Positions 25,356-39,277 of a DNA stretch of 64,000 nucleotides are shown here, one piece after another. How positions within the stretch are numbered: the stretch's first letter is position 1; each line of letters opens with the position of its first letter. The notes beneath the pieces were generated by a model, which saw only the letters and a program-made list of their open reading frames with translations, was not told the origin of the DNA and made no database searches. Source of the DNA: Eledone cirrhosa (taxonomy: Eukaryota); contig OZ024742.1 in the NCBI GenBank assembly GCA_964016885.1, positions 333,746,001 through 333,810,000 of the forward strand. The letters run 5' to 3'. A program made the translations under genes and the position numbers.

Positions 25356-26063
25356 GCTCCCCACCACACACATATATATATATTTGGTGGGTGGGGGTGA
25401 ATGAGTGGTTGAGTGTGAGAATGAAAGTGTAAAGTATTTGATCAACAAATGATATATATGTATATATGTCCATATGTATCTCTGTTTCTCTTTTCTTAAG
25501 TGTGTATAGAACATATTTACATAGATAATTATACACATGTGTGTTTCTTGATGTGCGTGTGTGTGTGTGGAAGTCAATCATATTTTAATATCAGGTAGAG
25601 AAATTGTGCTTGATATTGGAGAGACACTATACAGTAGAGATGGTATACAAGAGAATATATTTGCAATTGACACCAGAGGCACGTATTTAGTGAGGCGTGT
25701 TTAAAAGGTTTCAGTTTATGAGCAGATGTAAATATAAATGCCAACATCTTAAAATGTATATATCATTATGTTGATACAATCTTATTACTGTATAGGCACT
25801 CAAGTTTATATGTTTACACATCGTAATTATTAGATTTTACTATGGGTCCCCTTACAATATATTTAACAAATTCTCTTCTTGGATTTCATTACCTATTCAT
25901 TTAAATATCTATCTATCTCTTACTGCAAATCTCCGGTTTGGTACCCATCTCTGTTTATGTGTGTGTGAGAGAGAGAGAGTGTGTGTGTGTACGTGCGCGT
26001 ATATATGTGTGCGCGCGGGGGGGGGGGCGTATGTGTGTGTGTGTGATCTATGCGAATGTATAT

Positions 26064-27010
26064 ATAAAGTTTATTCAAAAAGTATCCGCTTTTATTTTAT
26101 TTTACCTTGAAATATATTGATGTTAGGGATACAAAGGTGTGCAACTCCGAGACATATGCATTCATATGCTCATGTAGGTTTCGACGAGGTTTCTGTTGTG
26201 TGAACACTCCCTGTCAGCCAACCAGAGTGTAAGTTGCTCTACTACATGTCGTATTTTCCTTTCACCCGTGATGGCGCAACACGTGGAACAGGTGGAGCAA
26301 CGATCTTGCAATAAAATTGGCCTTTCGGAAACCGTTCACAAAACTCAATATGCTTTTAGTACTTGTACATAGATATTACCGAAATAAAAAAAATCATTCA
26401 AAAAGTTCAAAGCTGGTCGCATATCAATGGAACGAGGGCTAGCACTCCAGAAGGCCGTATGCATGCTTCAGAATTTGTTATTGAGAGAAGCCAGACATTG
26501 ATATTGAAAGATCATGATTTGATGGGACGAGAAACTATTGATGTTGTGGGATTCAGTGTTTGTTCATGCACAATGTGGGAGCGAACATGGTACCGAAACC
26601 TCTTTGTCAAGAGGAAAACTTCGTTTTGCGATTACGTGAGCCCTACTAGATACTACCAAAAAAGATCCTGAATTTCTGCAAATCGTGACAACTTGAAGAA
26701 AGGAATTGTGCTCATTCCCCAGACATTCCTGCTTCTGCTCTTCTAGGTTTTCCCACGAATGATAAGGCCACTGAAAGATTCTAACGTTATGTGCTGTGGG
26801 GACATATTGCAGACTAACTGGGAGGAAGTGGGAGCCATTTTGAAAGAAGTATTAAGAAAGGTGCTTCCAAAAGTGAAAGAATATTTGGGCTAAGTGTACG
26901 GAAGGAAACACTAAATGTTTCTGTTTTTGGGGAATCAGCTGTTGCACTCTACCATGTATGTATTTTATTTTCTCCAGACGAGGACCGGATGTCTTTTCGA
27001 CAAACTTTCT
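26064..27010 (+). mobile_element. Mariner relic
   Basis: TIR-like aaagtttattcaaaaagtatccg / cggatgtcttttcgacaaacttt; decayed EQRSC..., acatggtaccgaaacctctt (WVP-motif region) and DPEFL..IVT motifs. Confidence 0.65.
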
Positions 27011-27589
27011 TTTAATGGGAGAGAGTGCGTGTGAATTTCATATTGGCCACACGCTCTAAATTCATATACTGACTCATATATACAGGCACAATTACATGTG
27101 TGCTTCCGCGTAAGTAGCGTAGCAAGGGCTTTCGTTTAGTGCCCATGCAGGAATGGTAAGATAGAAGAAATTCGGCTCTCCTTTTCAAACTTGCAATCGG
27201 TGTTACTGCCCTCATCCTCGCAGGATACTAGCTATGCTTCAAAGTAAAATCAATACGGTTTTCGGGCCATTTTTGTCTTTTATTCTGTCTTTCAAGAATA
27301 GCAGCTTAGAATACATATGGATATATTTTGAATTTATATAATAATGAAATTTCTGCGATCTATTTACATCGATATTTCTAAAATTCTGAGAGAGATTGGG
27401 TGGCTATTTCTACCACATCAAGTAGGTGCTTCATTTCCGTTCATAAAAAACTTTTGTTGAAATTGTTGCTAACTGCAGTTGTTGCTAATTTTACTGCTGA
27501 TGATATTTTCAAATTCTGCTACTATTGCAGTTCTTTCTTTCTGTCTTTCTTCCTTCCTTTATTTCTGCCACCGTCACTCTCTCACTTTA

Positions 27590-27689
<100 letters not shown>

Positions 27690-28232
27690 TCTCTCTCTCT
27701 CTAGCGTTGCCCCCCCCTCTATCTCTCCTTTTTCAGTTATTCTTGTTATTGTTCTATCTGTTTCTATTATCATTGTTTCTAACGTTGTTTATGATATCGA
27801 TGTTGTGTCATTGCTATAGCTAATATTATTGTGGATCTAGAATTTATTATAACCATTCTTACTTTTATCTGTGTTCACATACCTTACTACGGCCATTACA
27901 ATCTCTGCTACTGCCACTACAACTATTCTGGTTCAGCTCAATTCAATAACCAAGGAAATTGTCATGGGAATAATGTCCTCAGTTAACCTAATTACGAATA
28001 GGTCTTTGTTCAGATTTCATGTGACAATTAGCTTTAACCATAGACTTAGCCGCCACAATACAAGCATCAACATACATGAAGTAGAAACTACGTGATTTTT
28101 GTCATATCGGAAAAAAAAAACGAACAAAATTATCCTCAAATTACCCCATATGGTATGGTAAGGTATGGAATGATGTGATTTGAGGTAATGAGAGTTTATA
28201 TATATTTTTACTGTTATAATAATAATAATAAC

Positions 28233-28279
<47 letters not shown>

Positions 28280-28524
28280 TTTCTTTATTAACCACAAGGG
28301 TTTACATAAAGTAGATATTAAGGACAGTGCAGGACAATACAGGACGGTACAAATGGGCATTTCTGCGTGCAAAAAACAAAAAGAGAGGATGTAACAAAAA
28401 AGTAACAATGACAAATTCCGCAATAGGGGGGAGACTTCGTAGGGACATTTGTGGAGAAAGCCCAGTAAAAGGCCACAGTGACCCTGACCACCAAGGCAAG
28501 TGCGCTCTCCCAGTTTTCCACCTT

Positions 28525-31500
28525 TAATTTACAGATACGTACTCAGAGTAGGCCCATTCACTCGGGCCATTCTTGCTTCTCTCACCCTTCTTTCAACAAA
28601 ATGCTGGGAAGAGAGCACTTCCCACTTTACCTTGATTTTCTTTTCAAATGAAATTTGAAAAAGTTAATCAGGGCATCACCGAAGAGGTAAATGCTCGTCT
28701 TCAGCCCTTTCAAAGGTGTCCATGTCCACCATACTATCTCTTTCGCCATGGCCACCAGACAGAGAAAAACTGCCTGCCCTTCCCGGCTAAAGGAGGAGGG
28801 CGGGGAAATCACGATGGACTCAGATGATAGCCGGATCCGTCCTACACGCGACAGCAGGTGTTCGACATAAACCCACAAGTCAGCAATTTTCGGACACTGG
28901 ACGAGTGCGTGCAGGACGGTTTCGTCGCCCTGCGCGCATCTCGGACATTCCCGGCTGACAGCACCTCCATGCCTGTAGAGTTTATCCCGAACTGGCAAGG
29001 CTCCTCGGTAGCACTGCCAGGCCAGAGATTTCTGGAAGTTGTCCATAGGTCCCGGCCAGAAAGTTCTTCCGAAGAGATTGGCTAGTTGATTTTCGTCGAC
29101 GCCTAGAGTTTCCCCAAGTACGTCGTCGCTCTTCCCCTCCACTAATCCTCTATAGAACGTCGAGGTGGAGTTTCCACCGATCACATTGTCCGATTGGTCG
29201 AGGGCTGTGAGCGCCTGAAGACATTCCAGTCTCCAGGCGCTCCCTCTCGGTCTTCGCTTGACCCAGGACTGCAGCTCCGTCAAGGAAACGAGCTGGGGAA
29301 ATACGTGTCTAGCAAACGGCAACCACACCTATCACCGTCGAAGAAGAGGTGGAGCTGTCGTAGCCTGAGCGCGTGTCTGCGCATCATCAGCCACGGCATG
29401 CCCAGCCCTCCACGTAGCGGGTGTTGACAGCAGATGGACCGCCTGACAATCGGAGCGCGTCCCTTCCACAAAAAGCGAAAGAGCAAACGCTCCAGCGCAG
29501 TCATGTGGGGCTTAGGACAAGGTACGACGGTCAGGCGGTAGCAGATGACAGACGCGATGAACGCGTTAGTCACCTCCGCTCAACCTTTCAGGGATAGCTT
29601 CTTCTTCGCCCATTTCTAAGTGAGACAAGCCACCCTGCTCGTCACCTCGTCCCAGTTTTTGTCCGTCTGGAGGTCCGGACCGAACCAGACCCCTAGCAAT
29701 TTAACCGGTCCGTCCGTCCAGCGTCCGACGACGCTGTTGGACGGCATGGACCTGCCTCTCCAGGTACCGAGCTGCAGGCCCACTGACTTTTCCTGGTTGA
29801 TCATTGCTCCTGTCACCGCTTCGTATTCTCTTAGTGTAGTGCCGATCGCCTCGATGAGTTTGGCGTTCTTCACCACTACGTTGACATCGTCCGCATAAGC
29901 TGACACGGATCTTCCGCATCCTAGTTCGCGCGGGACGCCCCTCAACGTCTCCAGTTTGTGCAGTAATGGCTCGAGAGTCAATACGTACATGAGGGACGAG
30001 AGGGGACATCCTTGGCGGACGGAGCGCATGATGTTGAACGGTTCCGAAAGGTGACCGTTCACTCTCACCACAGAGCAGATGTCGCTGTGCATGGCAGCGA
30101 TCCAGCCTCTGAAGACGGGCCCAAAGCACGCCGCCCTCAGGACTGCCGCTAGGTAACGATGGTCGACCTCTATCGAAAGCTTTCGACTCATCTAAATTGA
30201 TCAAGGTCCCACCCGTGCCAGGTTCCCTAGCTACCCTCTCTACGATGTATCGCATGAGGTGTAGGTTGTCGTGGAAGGATCTGTCGGGAATGGCGCATGT
30301 CTGCGCCTCTCCCACCAGACCACCAACGACAAGCGCCAACCTCTTTGCTAGCACCGTGGCCAAAATTTTGTACTCTGTGTTTAGCAGAGTTATGGGCCTA
30401 AAATTATCTATGTTATCCCCCTTGTTCGGATCCTTTCTGAGCAGTGCCACAGTTCCTCGGCTCACAGAGCTGGGAATTCTCCAATTCTGTTGCCAGTTGC
30501 AGTAGACGTCCGCCAAGAGGCCTCTGAACAAGTCTGGCATCTGTACGTAAAGTGCATAGGGCAGACCATCCAAACCAGGCGATTTACACCTTGTGCTGCC
30601 AGTCATTGCCTCCCGTACTTCAGCGGTGGTTATCGGCTTTTCGCAACACTCCGCCTCAGTGGCCGAGAGCCGCGGCAGTCCGTCGAGGTAGACACTAAAG
30701 ACCATCCCTCGACTCGGCCCACCGCTACCCCCAAACAGCTGAGCGAAGTGTCGCTGAAATGCTTCACACATTTGCCCGGGATCGAGTAGCATGTGCCCGT
30801 CGTGGTCCACCAAAGACCGGATCGTGGCTTTGTTACCAAGACGCGCCTCCGCCACTCGGGCCCATTGAACGGCTTTCGTCCCCTCGTGTCTCAGAGCACG
30901 CACCCTAGCTCTGACAACGCAGCCTTCGTGCTTTGCATTGAAGATTTGGTCAAGGGACAATTTCGCCGCAAGCACGTCGGTCGCAATGTCTTTGCTAAGC
31001 GCCTCGTCTAATTTTCTAACTAGTTCTCCCTCTGCTCTATTTTTCTCTATTGCTAAAGCCTTACTAAACCTAATCGATTCTATTCTAATCGCTCTTTTCA
31101 GAGCAAACCACCACTTGTTGTTGACGATGACCCCCGTCAACGCCCGCTTAACTAGTTCGCTAATCCGGTCTCTGTAGGACTTGCGCGCTGGTAACGACGG
31201 GTCTAGCTTCCAGTAGCCGGGTCCTCGTCTATGAAGCCTATCTAAATCAAGCACACAGATCACGAATTTGTGGTCTGTGTAGCTGACTATCTTGAATTGT
31301 GGACAGCCTATGCTAGACCTATCTATTTCCCTACAAAATACTCTATCTAGATATGATCTGGATGACCTTATGCGATTTGTCCAAGTCCACATTGGCACAT
31401 TCGGGAAATCCAATCGGTACCTGTCAGACAGTTCAAAACGCCTGAGCAGGTTGGTGAGGCTCTTGCACCCTCCACCCCCATCCGCTAATCCCACACAGTC

Positions 31501-31865
31501 CCAGCGTGCATCTAAGATCCCGTTCCAGTCGCCCACTAACACTAAAGAGCGGGACGTTCCAAGAAAGTCTCCAGACGCCGGAAGAAATCAGGCCGCCCTG
31601 CTCTTGTCGAGGCATAGACGTCCACGTGCCTGAAATTTGCCCGTCTCCGCTGGTCACGTCCAGCACCACCAACTTACCCTCTAGGTCCAGGAAAATGGCC
31701 CATATGGCGAGATCTAAACCTCTCCGAAAAAGCACAGCAACTCCTACCCCCGATCCAGGACGGCTGGGATATGCGTACACATCGTAGCCGCCGAGCCGAA
31801 GATCGTTGCGAAGGCCCGTGCTTCGGAGATTCTGGTCTCGCTGATGGCCACTACATTTATGTTGA
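28525..31865 (-). pseudogene. Tx1 ORF2 (APE endonuclease + RT + zf-RVT), frameshifted, N-terminus deleted
   Basis: VVAISET, LVGDWN, SYLDRVF, TDHK, PGYWKL, SPGLDGLP, FRPITLLN, VRQGCPLS, AYADD, CPRC...H...C. Confidence 0.93.
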
Positions 31866-32121
31866 GAGTCCCTCCTAGGTCTCTGAAATCACCAACTGCG
31901 TTGGGGAATTTCGTTTTAATGTTTGTGTATTGTTTCTGTGTAATTCTTACCAGTCTTATGTTCGTTGGTGTTTTGATTGCGGCTGGTATTATGTAGTCGT
32001 GCTGTGAAATCTCTGTGTGTTCAATTATGTAAGTCATTAGTTTCTTGTTGTGTGTATTTATTGCCGTGCATTTGTTTTTCTGGGGATGGGGTGTGATTCT
32101 GCTATTTTCTTGTCGTCGTTG

Positions 32122-33855
32122 CTAGGTGTGTGTGTTTTGTTGTTGTGTTTGCGATGTTGGTGCTTGTGGTGGTGGTGTTGAAGGTGTTGTTGGCGGTGGG
32201 GTTGTCGCCGGTGGTGATGGTGGTGCTAGTGTAGGTGGTGATTGTGTTGGGGGTATTGCTGCTGTGAGTCTCTTTGCAGTAGCCTTTACTCTTTTTTCAT
32301 TTCTTTCCTGCCTTTTCGAAGGCGACGACGCGCAGCTTCTGCGTTTGTGCCTACTTGCGGCCTTTTGCCATCCCTCTCCCACCTCACACTCCATGTCTGA
32401 TTCTGTGAGGTCGGGGAGGGGTAGCAGCTCCACTCTTTCACTTGTTGTTGTTGGTGATGTTTGCAGTGGAGTCTCCGTTGGAGCTGCAGTTGGTATTACT
32501 GCTGTTGTTGTTAATACTTCCACTGCTGCTGCTGTTCTTGATTTCCGTGGCGTGGGTTTGGGTGCCACGGACCTATCGTTCCTGGTTGCCGCTTGTCCTG
32601 TAGCTGGTAGCAGTGGAGCCGGTTGCGGAAGGAGGGGGTTTTCTCCTTTCTCAGGGTCTTCTCGTTGCAGAAGGCCCTGAGGTGAGTCTTCGATCCACAG
32701 CGAAAGCATTTCGGGCGTTTGGCCTCAACACTTATGGGCAGTTGAGTGTCGTTATCGAAGTTTATCACATCCGGGATAGCTTCGATGCACTCCTGGTTGG
32801 TTTGGATTAACATCTCAATGGAGGTGCCGCCCAAATATTCTCTTACTCTTTTCTGTACTTGCAGTACAGTTGTTTTGTCCTCGATTCCGACGAGGACAGA
32901 CGCGGCCAGCCAAGAAGGGGCCATCCCGGAGGGGGGCGTGGGTCAGCTTTACCCTCACAATGTGTTGCCCGCAGTAGGAGGGCCCCAACCCCATTTCCTC
33001 GCTTCTTAGGATCACTAAGGATTGAGCCTTTGCCTCCTGGCGTGTGGCAAAAAGCACGTCTACGGTGGCATATTTCTTGCCTCGTGTGATATGCGTTTTC
33101 CGCTGCCACACAGACCCTAAGGCTTTTTGTATTTGAGCCTCTGTGGCTCTTTCAACCCTAAGGGATTGTGTGCTTACTGTACGGTACGTGACCGTACAGT
33201 GCTGCTGGGTTTCGAAAAAGTTTTCGGCTGCCTTGCAGATTGCTCGGTGTCCGGTTTTCGTCACCATCTTCTTCGCTTCCTGTAATTCCTCATTTGTTAT
33301 GAGGATGGTTTCCAGCTTCTTTGCGATACCTGCAAACGAGATTGGTTTTTCTTTGATGCTGTTGTTGTTTTTGTTGTTGTCGTCAGAGCTGCTGTTACTT
33401 TTGTTGTTGCTGCAGGTACTACGACTACTGCTGCCGCCACTGTTGCTGTGGTTGTTGTTGCTGCTGCTGCCGTTGTTGTTGCTGTTCCTGCTAATGCTGT
33501 TGTTGTTTATGCTGCTGCTGATGCTGTTTCGGCTGCTACTGTTGTTTGCTCTGTCACCGTTGCTGCTGCTGCTGTTATTACGGCTGCTACTGCTATTATT
33601 CATGACGTCAGACGAATGAAATGGGTTTTCGTATTTATCGCACACCTTTTTCGTCGTTGTCGTCGTCGTGGAGAAATGTTCCATGCTTTGCACGTGATTT
33701 TTCTTTACTGGCGTCGCTTGCGAAAGAGAAGGGAGGGAGAGAGACACATTTAGAGAAGGGAGGGAGAGAGAGAATCTTCTCTCAGCTGTAGTGACGATTG
33801 AGGAAGAAGACGGAATGAGTGGGAGTGACTTGTGAAAATTATTTTTCGTAGCCAT
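32122..33855 (-). pseudogene. Tx1 ORF1 (gag-like nucleic-acid-binding protein), frameshifted
   Basis: ATG at 33855, N/S-rich N-terminus, CFRCGSKTHLRAFC knuckle at 32667-32708, P/T-rich C-terminus; split over three ORFs. Confidence 0.8.
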
Positions 33856-34069
33856 GTTTTTTTTTGTTTAAAATAAATATTGGGCACAAAACCCCAATAA
33901 GCGGTTATTTAACCCCGAAGGGCCAAATAACGGGCAGAAAGACCCCTCTCACGAGGAGGAGGGTGTTTTAGTCTACAATTTGGTTAAAGTTTGAAACAAT
34001 TTACAATTGTTATAGCGGTCAAAATTTACAATATCTTACAGAGCCGAGCCTCCGTCAATCATGGCATTC

Positions 34070-34115
<46 letters not shown>

Positions 34116-34542
34116 TAAGGGAAGAAGACGCACATGGTGGATAGAAAGTCGTGAAATCGCTCCCGTAAGTTTTGATTTTTCAACATATTTAAATCAATTG
34201 TGAAATAACAATTCTTATTACAAATGATGCATAAAACATCCGGCTTGAGTACCAAAAAATTTCGGATCCATAATATATTGTTATATCGCTCAAATATTCA
34301 ATTTTGTATTATACATTTTATATTCAAAAAAAAGAAAATGGTTTTAAATGGAAGAAAACCCCCTCTGTCTACACTATATAGAACAGCCAAATAACAGCAA
34401 TTTCACCAACATCAGAAACTAGATACACCACCTACCCCCATCACCCCTCTGTGTACACTAAACGCAACAGCCAGATAACGGCAATTTCACCACCACCACC
34501 ACCAATCTCAGCATAATAATAATAATTACTATTATTATTGCC

Positions 34543-35428
34543 TCAAGTTTTAGTTTTAACAAAATGTTTAATTCCAATATTAAGAAAAATATGTCAACAC
34601 ATATACGCGACTAACGATAATTTCACTAAAGATAATTTCACCACCAACACCACCACCACTACCACGATGAAACTCTGGTCAAGTCGACTCAAATTTCTAC
34701 TCCAAATTCAACACCATCACTACAGTAATACGACCACATCACCACCACCACTGCCTCATTATCGCTACCTCCGCTATTCTCTCCCACTACCTCCCGCTAG
34801 TTGATGCTAGCACAGCACCGCCACCACCACCACCACCACCACTGCCTCATTATCACTACTGCCGCTATTCTCTCCCGCTGCCCCCTGCTACATTGTAGAA
34901 TTCTCACTAAAAGAGGAAGGCATCAAAATATATAAATAGACTGAATTGATGACCAGGTCAAAATAAAATAAAAACAAAAATAAAAATCAAGTTTTAGTTT
35001 TAACAAAATGTTTAATTCCAATATCAAGAAAATATGTCAACACATATACGCGACTAACGATAATTTCACTAAAGATAATTTCACCACCAACACCACCACC
35101 ACTACCACGATGAAAACTCTGGTCAATTCGACTCAAATTTCTACACCAACTTCAACACCATCACTACAGTAATACGACCACATCACCACCACCACTGCCT
35201 CATTATCGCTACCGCCGCTATTCTCTCCCACTACCTCCTGCTAGTTGCTGCTAGCACAGAACCGCCACCACCATCACCACCACTGCCTCATTATCACTAC
35301 CGCCGCTATTCTCTCCCGCTAGCCCCTGCTACATTGCAGAATTCTCACTAAAAGAGGAAGGCATCAAAATATATAAATAGACTGAATTGATGACCCGGTC
35401 AAATCAAAAAAACAAAAATCAAAATCAA
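34543..35428. repeat. Direct tandem duplication, ~444-bp unit x2
   Basis: tcaagttttagttttaacaaaatg at 34543 and 34987; internal accaccactgcctcattatc sub-repeats. Confidence 0.93.
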
Positions 35429-35718
35429 AGAAGCACAGCAACATCGAAAAACGTAAAGAAATGAAAAATGCAGGGAAAAACAAACAGACGGACAGAGAAG
35501 GGAAGGGAAAAACTAAGTCAGACATTCAAACATTGAAACTTATGCTTATTCATTTTTGGGGTTTTTTCTGCCTGTTTGTTTGTTTGTTTATTTGTGTTCG
35601 TCTACAGCGTGATAATGCCACACAAAAGTCACGCGGAGTGACAAAAACCACCGGAGACGATGAATTCACCGGTGGTTATGTAACCATACATTCGCCAATC
35701 CTCGATAAGTGTGTTTAA

Positions 35719-38700
35719 ATGTCGAACCTAAACAGTTCGAATAACGGTGAAATGGAGACTAGAATGTCATGTGACAGACTCTCACCCAACAGGTGTTCCC
35801 TGGCTCAGCAGCAGGGACCTGGCTATCAACCAAATACTGCTGGTGTTGGAGGACGAAGAAGAAGAAGGAAAGGGACCAGAACCAACTGGACGAAAGAATT
35901 GATAGAACTGTTATGCAATGTCACCTGAAGTGTAACTCCAAGGAGAAAGGCTATAGGAAACAGATGCATAACATCTGGAACGAGATTGGTCTATTTAAAT
36001 TAGATGAACAAAAATGGCCGGGCAGGCTCGGGTAATAAGAACTAATGGGTGGATAAGCGAGCTGGAACTGGAAGAACTGAGCAGAGAGATTAGCTTGGAG
36101 ATGGAGAGTAGAGTATGCCAGGCAAACGAGCCAGTGGGAAATGAAGGTGAAGAGGTCGAGAGAACGGAGCAACCACCCGAAGCAGACAATCATCTGAATT
36201 CTGAGATAAATAGTATCTGGAACAGAGATACGGCCACTGAGGAGATGAATGCTGACGGGCTAGGACAAGATTTGGTTGATATCCTAAACTTAGTGGTAGA
36301 TGAATTGAACAATGATAGTGGGAGACCTATGAACCTAAGATTTGTAGACAGGAAAAAGTTAAAAGAAACAACAGCTAAGGTAAACAGAGTCATCCCATAC
36401 CTTTCAGGGGAGGAGCCTTCACCAGTGCAACAATATCCTCAAAGCAACAGCAAATACGGTGAGGAAACTACTTGGTATAAAAGCGAGAGGAAACAACAGA
36501 CAAGAAAGAGCAGAGCCTTGGTGGAAGAAACGACTGAGTGGTCAAATCAGGGAAATGAGAAATTACATTGGAAAGCTTGAGTCCCTACTGAATGGGATAC
36601 AAAAAAAAATAGACACTAAAAATAGACTGGAAATAAAATACAAAACTAGGAGGAAAAAGCTAAATATTATCATAGAGGAACTGAAGCAACGCATTGTAGC
36701 AAAGCGTGCAAAAATCAGGCGATACGAGAACAGAGTCAGTCAGTATAGACAGAACCGCATGTTCGACAACAACCAGAAGATGTTGTTCGGACAGCTTGAA
36801 GGGAAAGAAAGAGGCAACGACTTGATCCCTGAGGCGGAACAAACTAAAGCATTCTGGAGAGGAATATGGCAGCAGGATGTTAAACATAATGACCAGGGAG
36901 TGTGGATTGAGACAGTACAGAAGGAGATTAGTGAACAGGCACACCAACAAACTGATTTGAGTATCACAGTTGAAACTCTTAAGGGGCAGGCCAAAACACT
37001 AGCCAACTGAAAATCACCAGGCTCAGATGGTGTGCAGGGGTATTGGATTACAAATATAACATCCCTCCACCCGAAACTGACAACCATGTTCAATGACTGC
37101 TTGATGTCAGGTGAGGTACCAGAGTGGTTGACAAAAGGTACCACAGTTCTGATAATGAAAGCCCGAATCAAGGGTAATGATGTTACCAACTATAGACCTA
37201 TCACATGTCTGTCTGTAATGTGGAAACTGTTGACAGGCATTATGTCTGAGGAAATCTACCATCACCTCCACACAAACAACTTGTTACCGGACGAACAGAA
37301 AGTGATGCCGAATGAAGTCACGTGGTACAAAGGACCAGTTACTTATTGATAAGATGGTAATGAGGTATTGCAAGAGGAGACACACTGGTCTTGCCATGGG
37401 ATGGATAGACTACAAAAAGGCATTTGACATGGTGCCCCATTCCTGGATCACCAAACGCCTGGAGATCTTCAAGGTGGCAGATAACATCAGACAGTTGTTT
37501 GGCAAGAGTATGAAGTCCTGGGAAACAGAGTTAACATCAACTGGAGAATCCTTGGGAAACGTGAAGATCAAGAGAGGTATCTTCCAGGGCGATAGTCTGT
37601 CCCCTCTGTTGTTTGTCCTTGCCCTGATGCCCCTGACCAGTGTACTGCGAAAAGTGAGGGCAGGATACAGGTTGGGAAAGGGAGGGCTTACCATCAATCA
37701 CCTCCTCTTCATGGACGATCTTAAGCTCTTCGGGAAGAGTGAGAAGGAGTTGGATGTGCTTGTTGACACTGTCCGTATTTTATGCAATGATATATGTATG
37801 TAATTTGGTATTAGTAAGTGTGGAGTCATTGTGATGAGGAGGGGTAAGTTGAGTAGAAGTGACGGAATTCAGATACCAACAGGTGAGATGATAAAGGAAA
37901 TTGACTCTGAGGAAGAATACAAGTATTTGGGCGTTCTGGAGGCTGATGACATCAAGAACAAAAAAATAAAGGAATTGATAAGAACTGAATACCTTCGGAG
38001 AGTAAGGAGCGTATTAAAGTCACATCTGAACAGTAGGAATGCCATAAGTGCAATACATTCCCGAGCTGTGCCTATTATTAGGTACAGTGCGGGAATTCTG
38101 AGATGGAATGTTGCTGAACAAAAGGAAATGGATAGAAAGACTAGGAATCTATTGACTAACTACAACATGTTCCACAAGAGGAGTGATGTCGATAGACTCT
38201 ACTTAAAGAGATCTGAGGGTGGAAGAGGTCTTATCAGCATAGAGGACTGTGTTCAGATGGAGAAAAACAACCTACACAAATACGTGACTGATAGTAAGGA
38301 GCCAATGCTCAGAACTGTACTGACGGAGGGGACAATAGGCCAGGAGATGTCCAAGGAGGAAATAACATCAAGGAGAAAGAGCAGCCTTCAGGAAAAATCC
38401 CTTCATTGTACCTTCTTTGAGAGAACTGAATTTAGAGATCCACAGACATGGCACTGGTTGAAAAGAGGAGACCTTAAAAAGACTACAGAAGGAATGTTAA
38501 TGGCTGCGCAGGAGCAGGCCCTCAAAACGAAGTGGTTGAAACACCACATTTACAAGGAGGAGGCTAACCCACTGTGCAGGATCTGTGGAGAGAGAGAGGA
38601 GACTGTAGCTCACATTGTATCCGAGTGTAAACATCTAGCCCAGACTCACTTTAAGGGCTGGAGACATGATGTGATCGGCAGGGTGATCAACTGGCACGTA

Positions 38701-39223
38701 TGCAAAGTAAACAATTTACCACATTCTGAGAAGTGGTATGAGCATAAGCCAGAGGCGGTGATAGAAAATGATCAGGTGAAGGTGCTGTGGGATTTTAGGA
38801 TACAGACGGAGAAGAAACTGGAACACAATAGGCCTGACCTGGTGGTTTGGGACAAGGAAAAAAGATCGTGCCTGATAGTAGATGTAGCCTGCCCATTTGA
38901 TACAAGAGTGCAAGAGAAGGAGAGGGAGAAAATTAACCGATACCAGGACTTAAAGTGGGAGGTAAAAAGGATTTGGAACTGCCATGAAGTCAAAGTGATC
39001 CCGATTGTCATAGGCGCACTAGGGACTATCTCAAAAGGTTTCCAGGGATGGTTAAAGAAAATTGGCCCCTTCGCGCTTTTTGGAATACTTCAAAAAGCAT
39101 GCTTGCTGGGAACAGCAAGAACCCTCCGATACGTCCTGAATATCTGAGGCTGCAGGTAATAGCTTGATATTCATTTCAACAAACTTTCCAGTTAACTAAC
39201 ATTAATGACTGAGACTCAAAGAG
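35719..39223 (+). mobile_element. R4/Dong-clade non-LTR retrotransposon (RT + restriction-like endonuclease), near full length, with (TAA)n tail
   Basis: Single disrupted ORF 35719-39147: [61 protein letters not shown]...H...C, RHD, RPDL...DVACP...EK (PD-D/ExK); stops at 37008 and 37801 plus frameshifts. Confidence 0.93.
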
Positions 39224-39230
39224 TAATAAC

Positions 39231-39274
<44 letters not shown>

Positions 39275-39277
<3 letters not shown>

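Larger units (their letters stand above)
28278..34065 (-). mobile_element. L1/Tx1-type LINE, near full length (5'UTR, ORF1, ORF2, 3'UTR), flanked by (AAT)n on both sides
   Basis: ORF1 with CCHC knuckle, ORF2 APE endonuclease-RT-zinc finger; (AAT)n at 28216-28277 and 34070-34112. Confidence 0.93.

Noticed and set aside
37008-37010. In-frame TGA in the Dong ORF as selenocysteine or readthrough
   Set aside because: It occupies a conserved Trp position (NW-KSPG) in a copy with other stops and frameshifts; ordinary TGG to TGA decay.
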